Part shown: positions 53,496 through 61,567 of the stretch, piece by piece
Layout of the letters: every line of letters begins with the position of its first letter
Numbering within the stretch: the stretch's first letter is position 1
Assembly (NCBI GenBank): GCA_965230275.1
Contig: CBDDKO010000002.1
Location: 1,541,294-1,605,293, forward strand
DNA length: 64,000 nucleotides
Source: Phycisphaeraceae bacterium
GTDB taxonomy: Bacteria; Planctomycetota; Phycisphaerae; Phycisphaerales; Phycisphaeraceae
Direction of reading: 5' to 3'
Program-made: the position numbers and the translations under genes
The notes under the pieces: model-generated
Databases searched by the model: none
What the model saw: the letters and a program-made list of their open reading frames with translations, nothing else
What the model was told of the DNA's origin: nothing

Positions 53496-55382
53496 TCAGC
53501 CTGTCCCGCTGAGCCGGCGGACGGTGTGGTCGAAGCCCTTGACCATGGACCCGAGCATCGCCCAGACGAAGCCTGCGTAGACCGCGGTGCAGATCAGCGA
53601 CGCGACCACCAAAGACACGCGACCGGCGATAGGCTCCTCGATGAAGCCGGCGATGGTTTCCCAGGGATTGACGATCATCAACAGATTCGTCGCGGGGCTC
53701 AGGCTGTTCACGACGGGCCCGACAAACGCGATGTTGCTTGCCGCGCTTAGGCCGCAGAGCCCCATGACCAGCGATGCGCCACCGATGATCGCGACCGACG
53801 GCACGACCGCACCCAGCACGCCCTTGGCGCGGATCGAAAAATACATCCCGATCATCACACACACCGCGATGAACGGCACGAGCATCAACGCAAACAGCAC
53901 CGACGCCTCGGGCAGCATCAGCATCGGGTGACGCACGGCTGTCGAACCCGAGTAGGTCACCGTCGCGACGCGCACGGTCGCCTGCTCCCAGCCCATCGAC
54001 TTGCCGATCAGGGCGTAGATACTGACGATCAACACCGTCAGGATCGGCGCAGCCAGCAGCAGCGACAAGAAGCTGACCAGCCCGCGCAGCTTGCCCCAGA
54101 TGTATTGGCGCGGCGTGGTCGGGGTGGTGAGCAGCAGGTCGAGCGTGCCGTCCTCGCGCTCCCGGCTGACACACCCGGCGCTCATGTACAGCGCGACCAG
54201 CGTGATGATCGCCACTTCGATCAGCAGCACGGAGAAGAGCGCCTGCTGGAACACCTCGGCCGAGCTCGCGCCCGGGAGCTTGGGGAGCATGTCGATGTGG
54301 TGCAGGAAGATCAGCGTGACGCCCAGCAACAGGCCGATGACGGTGAACCCGGCGCGGGCAAAGAAAGCTGCGACCCCCCTACCGCGTGTGGCGGCTTCGC
54401 GCCAGGCGATCGGGTTGACCCAGACCTCTCGCGCCGGCCGACGACGCTCGCCGCCAGTCTCGACCGGCAGGCGCAGCTGTTCCTTGAGCCAACGGATGAA
54501 GATCCATTCGCCCTGCCCGATGCGTCTGAGGAAAATGGCACAGAACACGATCTGTATGAGGCTGACGACGCCGCAGATCGTCACGAAGGCGGCGAACGGT
54601 TTGCCGAGATAGAAGCGCACCCAACCGGCGGCGTCGGCGAGCGTTTCCGGGGCAGGCGGGCGGTAGTTCGCGCTGTTCAGCGAGGCTTCCAGGACCAGCA
54701 GCGGGTGCAGCCCGGTGAGCCAGGTGGTTGTTTTGGGAGGGCCCAGCCGGCGGAGCAGGCCGACGTCCACAAGATACGCCCCGATCAGGTACGCGGCGAT
54801 CACGATGACGAAGGTGAATACCGCTTTGCGCCCCCCCGCCCGGAAGACAGACATCGACACCGCGACCGTCCCGACGACCATTGCTGTGAATGCCGCCACG
54901 GAGAAACTGACGACGACCGACCACGCCGGCACGCCGCCGAAGATCAGCAGCACCGCGTACAACGGCAAGCCACCGAGCAATAGCGCGAGGATGAAAAACA
55001 GACGGCCGAACAACGAGCCCAGCACGATCTGCAGGTTCGATAGCGGAGTGGTCAGCAGGATGTTGTAGGTCTGGCCGGCCCGTTCCTGCCCGATCGCGCC
55101 TGCCATGAATAGCGGCGACAACAGACACACCAGCACGACCTGCCCGTAGCTGATGATCGCGAAGACCCACGTCCCGCTCTTGGCAAGGTCCGTCAGGCTC
55201 ATCTCCCCGCCCATGCCGCTGCCCGGCCGCAATAGCCCGATCAGCATCAGCAGCACCAGCGCCCCGAGATAGCCCATGCGCACCCACAGGTGCTGGGCTC
55301 GTTGCGAGCCGCCCTGAACGATCCGGACCACCATCGGGTTCCCCGGGATCAGATGCCATAGCCACTGGTACACCGCACGCAT
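53496..55382 (-). CDS. Large polytopic membrane protein, ABC-2-type permease-like
   Basis: 628 aa with more than 12 hydrophobic segments arranged as two similar halves. No ATPase gene is adjacent on the same strand. The family call is tentative. Confidence 0.6.
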   Translation of the reverse strand: MRAVYQWLWHLIPGNPMVVRIVQGGSQRAQHLWVRMGYLGALVLLMLIGLLRPGSGMGGEMSLTDLAKSGTWVFAIISYGQVVLVCLLSPLFMAGAIGQERAGQTYNILLTTPLSNLQIVLGSLFGRLFFILALLLGGLPLYAVLLIFGGVPAWSVVVSFSVAAFTAMVVGTVAVSMSVFRAGGRKAVFTFVIVIAAYLIGAYLVDVGLLRRLGPPKTTTWLTGLHPLLVLEASLNSANYRPPAPETLADAAGWVRFYLGKPFAAFVTICGVVSLIQIVFCAIFLRRIGQGEWIFIRWLKEQLRLPVETGGERRRPAREVWVNPIAWREAATRGRGVAAFFARAGFTVIGLLLGVTLIFLHHIDMLPKLPGASSAEVFQQALFSVLLIEVAIITLVALYMSAGCVSREREDGTLDLLLTTPTTPRQYIWGKLRGLVSFLSLLLAAPILTVLIVSIYALIGKSMGWEQATVRVATVTYSGSTAVRHPMLMLPEASVLFALMLVPFIAVCVMIGMYFSIRAKGVLGAVVPSVAIIGGASLVMGLCGLSAASNIAFVGPVVNSLSPATNLLMIVNPWETIAGFIEEPIAGRVSLVVASLICTAVYAGFVWAMLGSMVKGFDHTVRRLSGTG

Positions 55383-55545
55383 GTCTACATCATACCACCA
55401 GCCCGAGATCGAAGCCCGGGATTCTGGTATGCCCGCGTGCTAACCCCACGCTTCCGCGTGGGGCTGGGGGTGAGGGGTTCTGACGGGTGATCTCAGACGG
55501 CGGCGCATGTGCCCCTGTCCCCGATCCGCGTTATCCTAGGGGTCT

Positions 55546-56283
55546 GTGTTTATCCTCAAAGCGAATAATCTGTTTAAAAGCTACAGCGGCCGGACCGTGG
55601 TCAACGATGTGTCCTACCACGTCTCGGAGGGCGAGATCGTGGGTTTACTCGGCCGAAACGGCGCGGGCAAGACCACCAGCTTCCGCATGACCATCGGCAT
55701 GATCAGCCCCGACAAGGGCGAGGTGATCTTCAACGGCCAGGACGTCTCAAAGCTCCCGATGTATCAGCGGGCCCAACGCGGGCTGGGCTACCTCTCCCAG
55801 GAGCCGAGCATCTTCCAGCGGCTCACCGTCGAACAGAACCTGATGGCCATCCTCGAGACGCGCCGGCTGAGCAAGGCCGATCGCAAGAAGCGGGCCGAGG
55901 AATTGATGGCCCAGTTCGACCTGACCAAGATCCGCCGGCAACACGCACGCCTCTGCTCCGGCGGTGAGAAACGCAAGCTCGAAATCGCCCGCGCCCTGAT
56001 TACCGACCCGACGCTGGTCCTACTGGACGAGCCGTTCTCCGGCGTGGACCCGGTCGCTGTGGAGGAGCTACAAGTCGAAATCCGCCGGCTGCGAGAAGCG
56101 GGCATCTCCGTGCTGGTCACCGATCACAATGTTCAGCGCACGCTCGAGATCGTCGACCGGGCGTATGTCATCTTCGAGGGCAAGGTCTTCGCGGAGGGTA
56201 CGCCGAAGGACCTGATCAACAACGAGCAGGTCCGCAAGCTCTACCTCGGCTCGATGTTCAAGGGTGATGAGTTTGATAACTAG
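55546..56283 (+). CDS. lptB: LPS export ABC transporter ATP-binding protein
   Basis: GTG start, 245 aa. Walker A is GRNGAGKTT, followed by GLGYLSQEPSIFQRLTVEQNL, signature CSGGEKRKLEIARAL and Walker B LVLLDEPF. Length and sequence pattern are typical of LptB. Confidence 0.85.
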   Translation: MFILKANNLFKSYSGRTVVNDVSYHVSEGEIVGLLGRNGAGKTTSFRMTIGMISPDKGEVIFNGQDVSKLPMYQRAQRGLGYLSQEPSIFQRLTVEQNLMAILETRRLSKADRKKRAEELMAQFDLTKIRRQHARLCSGGEKRKLEIARALITDPTLVLLDEPFSGVDPVAVEELQVEIRRLREAGISVLVTDHNVQRTLEIVDRAYVIFEGKVFAEGTPKDLINNEQVRKLYLGSMFKGDEFDN

Positions 56284-56367
56284 GGTCTGGGGTCTAGGGA
56301 CTAGGGACTGGCAAGCATCTGAATTGGTTGTCAGCGACGGAAATAGCTTTTAAGTACTAACTATCCA

Positions 56368-56757
56368 ATGGCCACTAAATTCCACAAACTGCCCATGATG
56401 TGGCAATTAGCTGTGCTGATATCACTAACCGAGATCACCATCTGTTCCATATTCGTTGTTATTGCTTTGATCAAGACCGAGTTCACCATCTTACCTGGAG
56501 CATTATTGCGTCTTGTTATCATGGCGACTGTCTGTTTCTATCTGCTGCGTGCAAATCGTGCCGCCGCTAGTGCAGGGCTTGGAATGTCGGTTTTAACCCT
56601 GATGGTGATACTGCCAGTATGGATGATCAATTGCAACCAGAAAGGTCTCAATATTGCCACTGGTGTGCTTCTGCCAATTCTAGTATTGATCTATGTCGGC
56701 ATTGCTGTGGTGTATACCAGGTGTGCCATGGACGGAACAAGACTACGTAGAATTTAA
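56368..56757 (+). CDS. Small hypothetical membrane protein (129 aa), low-GC insert
   Basis: Four hydrophobic helices. Visibly AT-richer than the flanking lptB and rluB. Confidence 0.5.
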   Translation: MATKFHKLPMMWQLAVLISLTEITICSIFVVIALIKTEFTILPGALLRLVIMATVCFYLLRANRAAASAGLGMSVLTLMVILPVWMINCNQKGLNIATGVLLPILVLIYVGIAVVYTRCAMDGTRLRRI

Positions 56758-56760
56758 GTA

Positions 56761-57627
56761 ATGACCTCGAAACGATCACCTCGATTACGTAAGCAGACCC
56801 ACACTGAGCCCGCGCCAGACAAGGGGGTGCGTCTGCACAAGGCGATGGCGGAGGCCGGGGTTGCGTCGCGGCGTGAGTGTGAAAGCCTGATCGAGCAGGG
56901 ACGGGTGAAGGTCAACGGCGAGGTCGTGAAGAAGCTGCCGTCATGGGTCGATCCCGAAACGGACAAGATCAGCGTCGACGGTGAGCCGGTGCGACGGAAG
57001 CGCCAGTCGAAGCGCGCCGATGCCAAGACGTACATCATGGTCAACAAGCCCAAGCGGGTGATCAGCACGAACGACGACCCCGAGGGGCGCAAGCGTGTGA
57101 TCGACCTGGTTGATTTGCCGGTCGCGGCGCGGCTGTACCCGGTCGGCCGACTGGATTCAGATTCCACCGGGCTGATCCTCCTGACCAACGACGGCGACCT
57201 GACGCACCGGCTGACTCACCCCAGCTTTGAAGTAACCAAGTGCTACCACGTCACGGTGCAGGGCCGGCTGACCAATGAAGACGCCGAGAAGTTGCGTAAG
57301 GGCATGCTGCTGGCGCACAAGGGCAAGCCCGGCGGCGAGGGGGCGAACGTGCGCATGGCGGCGGCGGCCCAGGTCAAGATCCTCGGCCACGAAACCGACC
57401 GCACGCGCGGCGACCGCACGAAACTCAGCATCACCCTCAAGGAAGGCCAGAACCGCGAGGTCCGCCGGATCCTCGCGCGGCTGGGGCACAAGGTCCGTTC
57501 GCTGCACCGTATCGCGATCGGGAAGCTCAAGCTCAAGGGCGTGGCCGTCGGGGAGTGGCGGATGCTGAGCAAGACCGAAGTGCATATGCTTTATAAGGCG
57601 GCGGGCATGAAGCCCGGCAACAGGTAG
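56761..57627 (+). CDS. rluB: Pseudouridine synthase, RsuA/RluB family (S4 domain + catalytic domain)
   Basis: GVRLHKAMAEAGVASRRECESLIEQGRVKVNG is the S4 domain. YIMVNKPKRVIST...RLYPVGRLDSDSTGLILLTNDGDLTHRLTHP carries the catalytic Asp motif GRLD. Confidence 0.85.
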   Translation: MTSKRSPRLRKQTHTEPAPDKGVRLHKAMAEAGVASRRECESLIEQGRVKVNGEVVKKLPSWVDPETDKISVDGEPVRRKRQSKRADAKTYIMVNKPKRVISTNDDPEGRKRVIDLVDLPVAARLYPVGRLDSDSTGLILLTNDGDLTHRLTHPSFEVTKCYHVTVQGRLTNEDAEKLRKGMLLAHKGKPGGEGANVRMAAAAQVKILGHETDRTRGDRTKLSITLKEGQNREVRRILARLGHKVRSLHRIAIGKLKLKGVAVGEWRMLSKTEVHMLYKAAGMKPGNR

Positions 57628-57639
57628 CGAGGCCGCATC

Positions 57640-58281
57640 ATGTCGATCGATGCCATCCGAGAAAATTACGACTACCCCCCACTCACCGAGCGTGAGGTGC
57701 ATGCCGACCCGATCGAGCAGTTCCGCCTCTGGTTCGACGAGGCGTGGCGCTCCGATGCGCGTCAGCCCAACGCGATGACGCTCGCAACCTGTAGCAAAGA
57801 GGGCATCCCCTCGGCCAGGGTCGTGCTGCTCAAGGGCTTCGATCGTGAAGGCTTCGTCTTCTACACCAACTACCAGAGCGCCAAGGCCGACGACCTGGAC
57901 GCCAACCCGAACGCTTCATTGGTGTTCTACTGGACGCAGCTGGCGCGCACCGTGCGGATCAACGGCACGGTCAGCAAGGTCAGCCGGGAGGACACCGACG
58001 CCTACTTCATGTCCCGGCCGCGCGACAGCCAGCTGGGGGCGTGGGCGTCTGACCAGAGCCAGGTGATTGATAGCCGTGAGGCGCTGTACGAGCGGTTCGA
58101 GCATTACAAGGCCAAGTTCCAAGGCCGGGACATCCCCACGCCGCCGTGCTGGGGCGGTTACGTTGTCAGGCCGACGGCGATCGAGTTTTGGCAGGGCCAG
58201 GCGAACCGGCTGCACGACCGGCTGCGCTACCAACTCAAAGACGACGGCCGGACCTGGACGCTTGAGCGCCAGGCTCCCTGA
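57640..58281 (+). CDS. pdxH: Pyridoxamine 5'-phosphate oxidase
   Basis: 213 aa. ...PNAMTLATCSKEGIPSARVVLLKGFDREGFVFYTNYQS.K...FYW..L.R.VRI.G...IEFWQGQANRLHDRLRY matches the PdxH signature. Confidence 0.92.
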   Translation: MSIDAIRENYDYPPLTEREVHADPIEQFRLWFDEAWRSDARQPNAMTLATCSKEGIPSARVVLLKGFDREGFVFYTNYQSAKADDLDANPNASLVFYWTQLARTVRINGTVSKVSREDTDAYFMSRPRDSQLGAWASDQSQVIDSREALYERFEHYKAKFQGRDIPTPPCWGGYVVRPTAIEFWQGQANRLHDRLRYQLKDDGRTWTLERQAP

Positions 58282-58368
58282 TTGATTCAGATTTGGTACT
58301 TGCAACCGGCTACACATCCATCGACAATCGAGCGTAAGTAAACCAACCGATCGGAAAGGGTGCGCGTC

Positions 58369-59760
58369 ATGTCATTACTTATAAAGAACGGCAGAATCAT
58401 CACCGCGACCGACGATTACGTCGCCGACATCTATTGCGAAGATGAAACGATCACCCGGATCGGCCCGGACCTCGACGCGCCCGCCGACGCGGAGGTGATC
58501 GACGCGACCGGCAAGTACGTCTTCCCGGGGTTCATCGATCCGCACGTCCACATCTACCTGCCCTTCATGGGGACCTACTCCAAAGACGACCACGCCACGG
58601 GCAGCCGGGCGGCGTTGATCGGGGGGACCACGACGTACATCGAAATGTGTTGCCCGGCCCGCACGGAGGAGCCCCTCGAAGCGTTCGAGCTCTGGAACTC
58701 CAAGGCCGCCAAGAACTCGGCCTGCGACTACACGTTCCACATGGGCGTCACCCGCTACGACGACTCGGCCGAGAAACAGCTGCGCGAACTCGTGGGCAAG
58801 GGCCTGACGTCTTTTAAGGTGTTCCTCGCCTACAAGGGCGCGTTCGGCGTGACTGATGATGAGCTCTATAACACGCTCAAGCTCGCCAAGGAACTCGGCG
58901 TGATCGTCACCGCCCACTGCGAGAACGCCGACCTTGTCGCCGCCAAACAAGCGGAGCTCGTCGCCGAGGGCAAGACCGGGCCCGAGTGGCACGAGCTTTC
59001 ACGACCGAGCACCGTGGAGGGCGAAGGCGTGCACCACCTGATGACCTTCGCCGAGATGACCGGGGCCCATGTCTACTGCGTCCATACCTCTTGCGATGAA
59101 GCGCTGCAGGCCGCGCAGGCCGCACGCTACCGCGGGGTGAACGCGTGGGTCGAAGCCGTGATCCCCCACTTCGTGCTTAATGACACCTACGCCCAGAAGC
59201 CCGGCTTCGAGGGCGCGAAGTACGTCATGAGCCCGCCGCTTCGGCCCAAGAAGCATCAGCCGATCCTCTGGGATGCGCTGCGCAGCGGGCTGGTCAGCAC
59301 CGTCGGCACCGACCACGCGCCATTCGACTTCGACGGGCAAAAAGACATGGGCGACCCCGCGAAGGGATCGGACTTTACCAAGATCCCCAACGGCATCCCC
59401 TCGATCGAGGACCGCGTCAACCTGCTGTATACCTACGGCGTGTGTGAAGGCAGGATCGACCTGCACACCTTTGTCGCCTCCGCCAGCACCAACGCCGCCA
59501 ACCTCTTCGGCCTGACGCAGAAGGGCCGCATCTCACTCGGCGCCGACGCCGACCTGGTGGTTTACGACCCCGACTACTGTGGCACGATCAGCGCGAAGAC
59601 CCACGCGATGAACATCGACTACTCGGGCTTCGAGGGCTGGGAGATCAAGGGCCGGCCAAGCACCGTCACCGTCCGTGGCAAGGTCCAGGCCCGGGACGGC
59701 AAGTTCATCGGCGAACAAACCCGCGGCAAACTCCTGACCCGCCCGGCGACGCATTATTAA
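58369..59760 (+). CDS. hydA: Dihydropyrimidinase / D-hydantoinase
   Basis: ATG 58369 gives MSLLIKNGRIITATDDYVADIYCEDETITRIG...FPGFIDPHVHIYLPFMGT...SFKVFLAYKG...TAHCEN...VGTDHAPF, with cyclic amidohydrolase metal ligands (HxH, carbamylated K, H, H, D). Confidence 0.9.
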   Translation: MSLLIKNGRIITATDDYVADIYCEDETITRIGPDLDAPADAEVIDATGKYVFPGFIDPHVHIYLPFMGTYSKDDHATGSRAALIGGTTTYIEMCCPARTEEPLEAFELWNSKAAKNSACDYTFHMGVTRYDDSAEKQLRELVGKGLTSFKVFLAYKGAFGVTDDELYNTLKLAKELGVIVTAHCENADLVAAKQAELVAEGKTGPEWHELSRPSTVEGEGVHHLMTFAEMTGAHVYCVHTSCDEALQAAQAARYRGVNAWVEAVIPHFVLNDTYAQKPGFEGAKYVMSPPLRPKKHQPILWDALRSGLVSTVGTDHAPFDFDGQKDMGDPAKGSDFTKIPNGIPSIEDRVNLLYTYGVCEGRIDLHTFVASASTNAANLFGLTQKGRISLGADADLVVYDPDYCGTISAKTHAMNIDYSGFEGWEIKGRPSTVTVRGKVQARDGKFIGEQTRGKLLTRPATHY

Positions 59761-59763
59761 ATA

Positions 59764-59794
59764 TCCGAGCCGCCGTGCCCTCACGGCGGTCCGC
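59764..59794 (-). repeat. REP element copy (inverted relative to 60331-60362), left flank of RAYT
   Basis: TCCGAGCCGCCGTGCCCTCACGGCGGTCCGC is the exact reverse complement of GCGGACCGCCGTGAGGGCACGGCGGCTCGGA at 60331-60361. Confidence 0.9.
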
Positions 59795-59831
59795 CAAGGG
59801 TGGCGCAGACCGGAGTAATTGGGGGACACCC

Positions 59832-60344
59832 ATGGGCGATCGACCGCTGGCATACCACATCACATTCGGCACCTACGGCACCCGCTTACACGGCGACCCA
59901 CGCGGCACAGTCGACCGCACCCAGAACCAACCGGGTGACCCGATCATCGGACAGAACGAAGATTGGCTGCAACTGGAGTTGTCCAATCTGAAAGGTGATC
60001 CGGTATGGCTGGATGAAACACTATGCAGATCTGTTGAATTAGCCGCACCCGATATCTGCGTACGCGGTGGCTGGCAACATCATGTGACAGCCTGCCAGGC
60101 AAACCACGTCCATATGCTGGTCTCCTCTGACGACGAAGGCAAACTGGTTCGTCGATTGATTAAACGCTGGTTGACCCAACACCTTAACGATACCGGTCTA
60201 ATCCGGCCCGTCCGCTGGTGGGCCAAGGGTGGCAGCGTGAAGTGGGTATGGGACCAAGCGTACTTTGACAATGTGTATGAATACGTCGTCAGACAGAGGA
60301 CCACGAAGTCAGAGCCGCATCGTCCCCGACGCGGACCGCCGTGA
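59832..60344 (+). CDS. REP-associated tyrosine transposase (RAYT; IS200/IS605 TnpA-like Y1 HUH enzyme)
   Basis: ATG 59832 gives MGDRPLAYHITFGTYGTRLHGDPRG... The HUH motif is ANHVHMLVSS and a C-terminal Tyr region is FDNVYEYVVRQR. The gene is bracketed by inverted REP hairpins, and its stop codon lies inside the right REP. Confidence 0.8.
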   Translation: MGDRPLAYHITFGTYGTRLHGDPRGTVDRTQNQPGDPIIGQNEDWLQLELSNLKGDPVWLDETLCRSVELAAPDICVRGGWQHHVTACQANHVHMLVSSDDEGKLVRRLIKRWLTQHLNDTGLIRPVRWWAKGGSVKWVWDQAYFDNVYEYVVRQRTTKSEPHRPRRGPP

Positions 60345-60362
60345 GGGCACGGCGGCTCGGAC
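60312..60362 (+). repeat. REP element copy, right flank of RAYT (overlaps RAYT 3' end)
   Basis: GAGCCGCATCGTCCCCGACGCGGACCGCCGTGAGGGCACGGCGGCTCGGAC has an 8-bp stem CCGCCGTG/CACGGCGG with loop AGGG. It matches 52089-52139. Confidence 0.9.
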
Positions 60363-60396
60363 TGCATCATGTGATATCCCTTTCACCATCTATAAC

Positions 60397-61527
60397 TCAA
60401 TTACTCCCCAGCGCGTCGGACTGCTTGACGAAGTCGTCGCCGGACCATTCGGCGTCCTTGGCGACCATCTTCTTCTTCGCGGCGGCGGCCTTCGCGTCGG
60501 CCTTGGCCTTGGCCTGCAGCTCGACGAGGTGGGCGTGTGTGGTGAAGTACTGGAGGCTGTGGCCCTTGAAGTCTTCGAGCGTGTTGAAGTTGTGCTTGTC
60601 CATGAAGGCGGCGAGCTGGTCGCACATCTTCTGGACCATCGCGTAGCCGTACTTCATCACGCCGGTGCAGACCTGGACGGTGTCGCTGCCGAGGAGGATG
60701 AACTGGGCCGCGTCCTCGCCGGTCTCGATCCCGCCGATGCCCGAGAGCGTCCGGCCGGGGTACTCCTTCTTAATGACCTGAGCGATCTCCATGCACATGC
60801 GTAGCGCGATCGGGCGCACGGCCTTGCAGGAGTAGCCGCCGGGCGTGGTGTAGCCTTCGACGCTCGGCTCGGGCCGGAGCGTGTCGAGATTGACGCCGAT
60901 GACGCTGCGGATGGTGTTGATCGCCGCGATCCCGTCGCAGCCGGCCTTCAGCGAGGCGCGTGTCGGGTCCTCGATGTGTGTGACGTTCGGGGTCATCTTC
61001 GCCCAGACGGGGATCTTCGTCGCCCCCATCACCCAGCCGCAGACCTCTTCGAGGATCTCGGGGTTTTCGCCCATGGCCGCGCCCATCTTGCGCTCGGGCA
61101 GGCCGTGCGGGCAGGAGAAGTTCAGCTCGAACGCGTCGACGCCACAGTCCTGACAGCGCTCAACGATCTCGACCCAGGCGTCCCTGTTGAACTCCTCCAT
61201 GATCGATGCGATTAGGATGCGGTCGGGGTACTTGTCCTTGATCTGCTTGAACTCGTCTATCCAGACGTCGAACGACCGGTCGGAGATCAGCTCGATGTTT
61301 TCCCAGCCGAAGATGTCCTTGCCGTCATCGCCGCGGAGCCGGCCGTAGCGCGGCGCGACGTTGATGACTTTGGAGGCGTCGAGGCTGACGGTCTTGGCGA
61401 TCACCGCGCCCCAGCCCTCGTCGAAGGCCTTGCCGATCACGTTCGCGTTGGTGCCGGGCGGGCCCGAACCGATCACGAAGGGGTTGGGCATTTTCAGGCC
61501 GTTCACGGTCGTACTTAAATCTGCCAT
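60397..61527 (-). CDS. Dihydropyrimidine dehydrogenase PreA-like / dihydroorotate-dehydrogenase-like flavoprotein, without C-terminal ferredoxin domain
   Basis: 376 aa. MADLSTTVNGLKMPNPFVIGSGPPGTN...ELNFSCPHG...GIAAINT...GGIETGEDAAQFILLGSDTVQVCTG shows the class-1 DHOD/DPD TIM barrel. The C-terminus is a Lys/Ala-rich tail (LQAKAKADAKAAAAKKKMVAKD) instead of 2x[4Fe-4S] Cys motifs. Confidence 0.8.
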   Translation of the reverse strand: MADLSTTVNGLKMPNPFVIGSGPPGTNANVIGKAFDEGWGAVIAKTVSLDASKVINVAPRYGRLRGDDGKDIFGWENIELISDRSFDVWIDEFKQIKDKYPDRILIASIMEEFNRDAWVEIVERCQDCGVDAFELNFSCPHGLPERKMGAAMGENPEILEEVCGWVMGATKIPVWAKMTPNVTHIEDPTRASLKAGCDGIAAINTIRSVIGVNLDTLRPEPSVEGYTTPGGYSCKAVRPIALRMCMEIAQVIKKEYPGRTLSGIGGIETGEDAAQFILLGSDTVQVCTGVMKYGYAMVQKMCDQLAAFMDKHNFNTLEDFKGHSLQYFTTHAHLVELQAKAKADAKAAAAKKKMVAKDAEWSGDDFVKQSDALGSN

Positions 61528-61567
61528 CGATCGCTCTCCAATCTCTTGCGAGTCTATATCTGATGTA

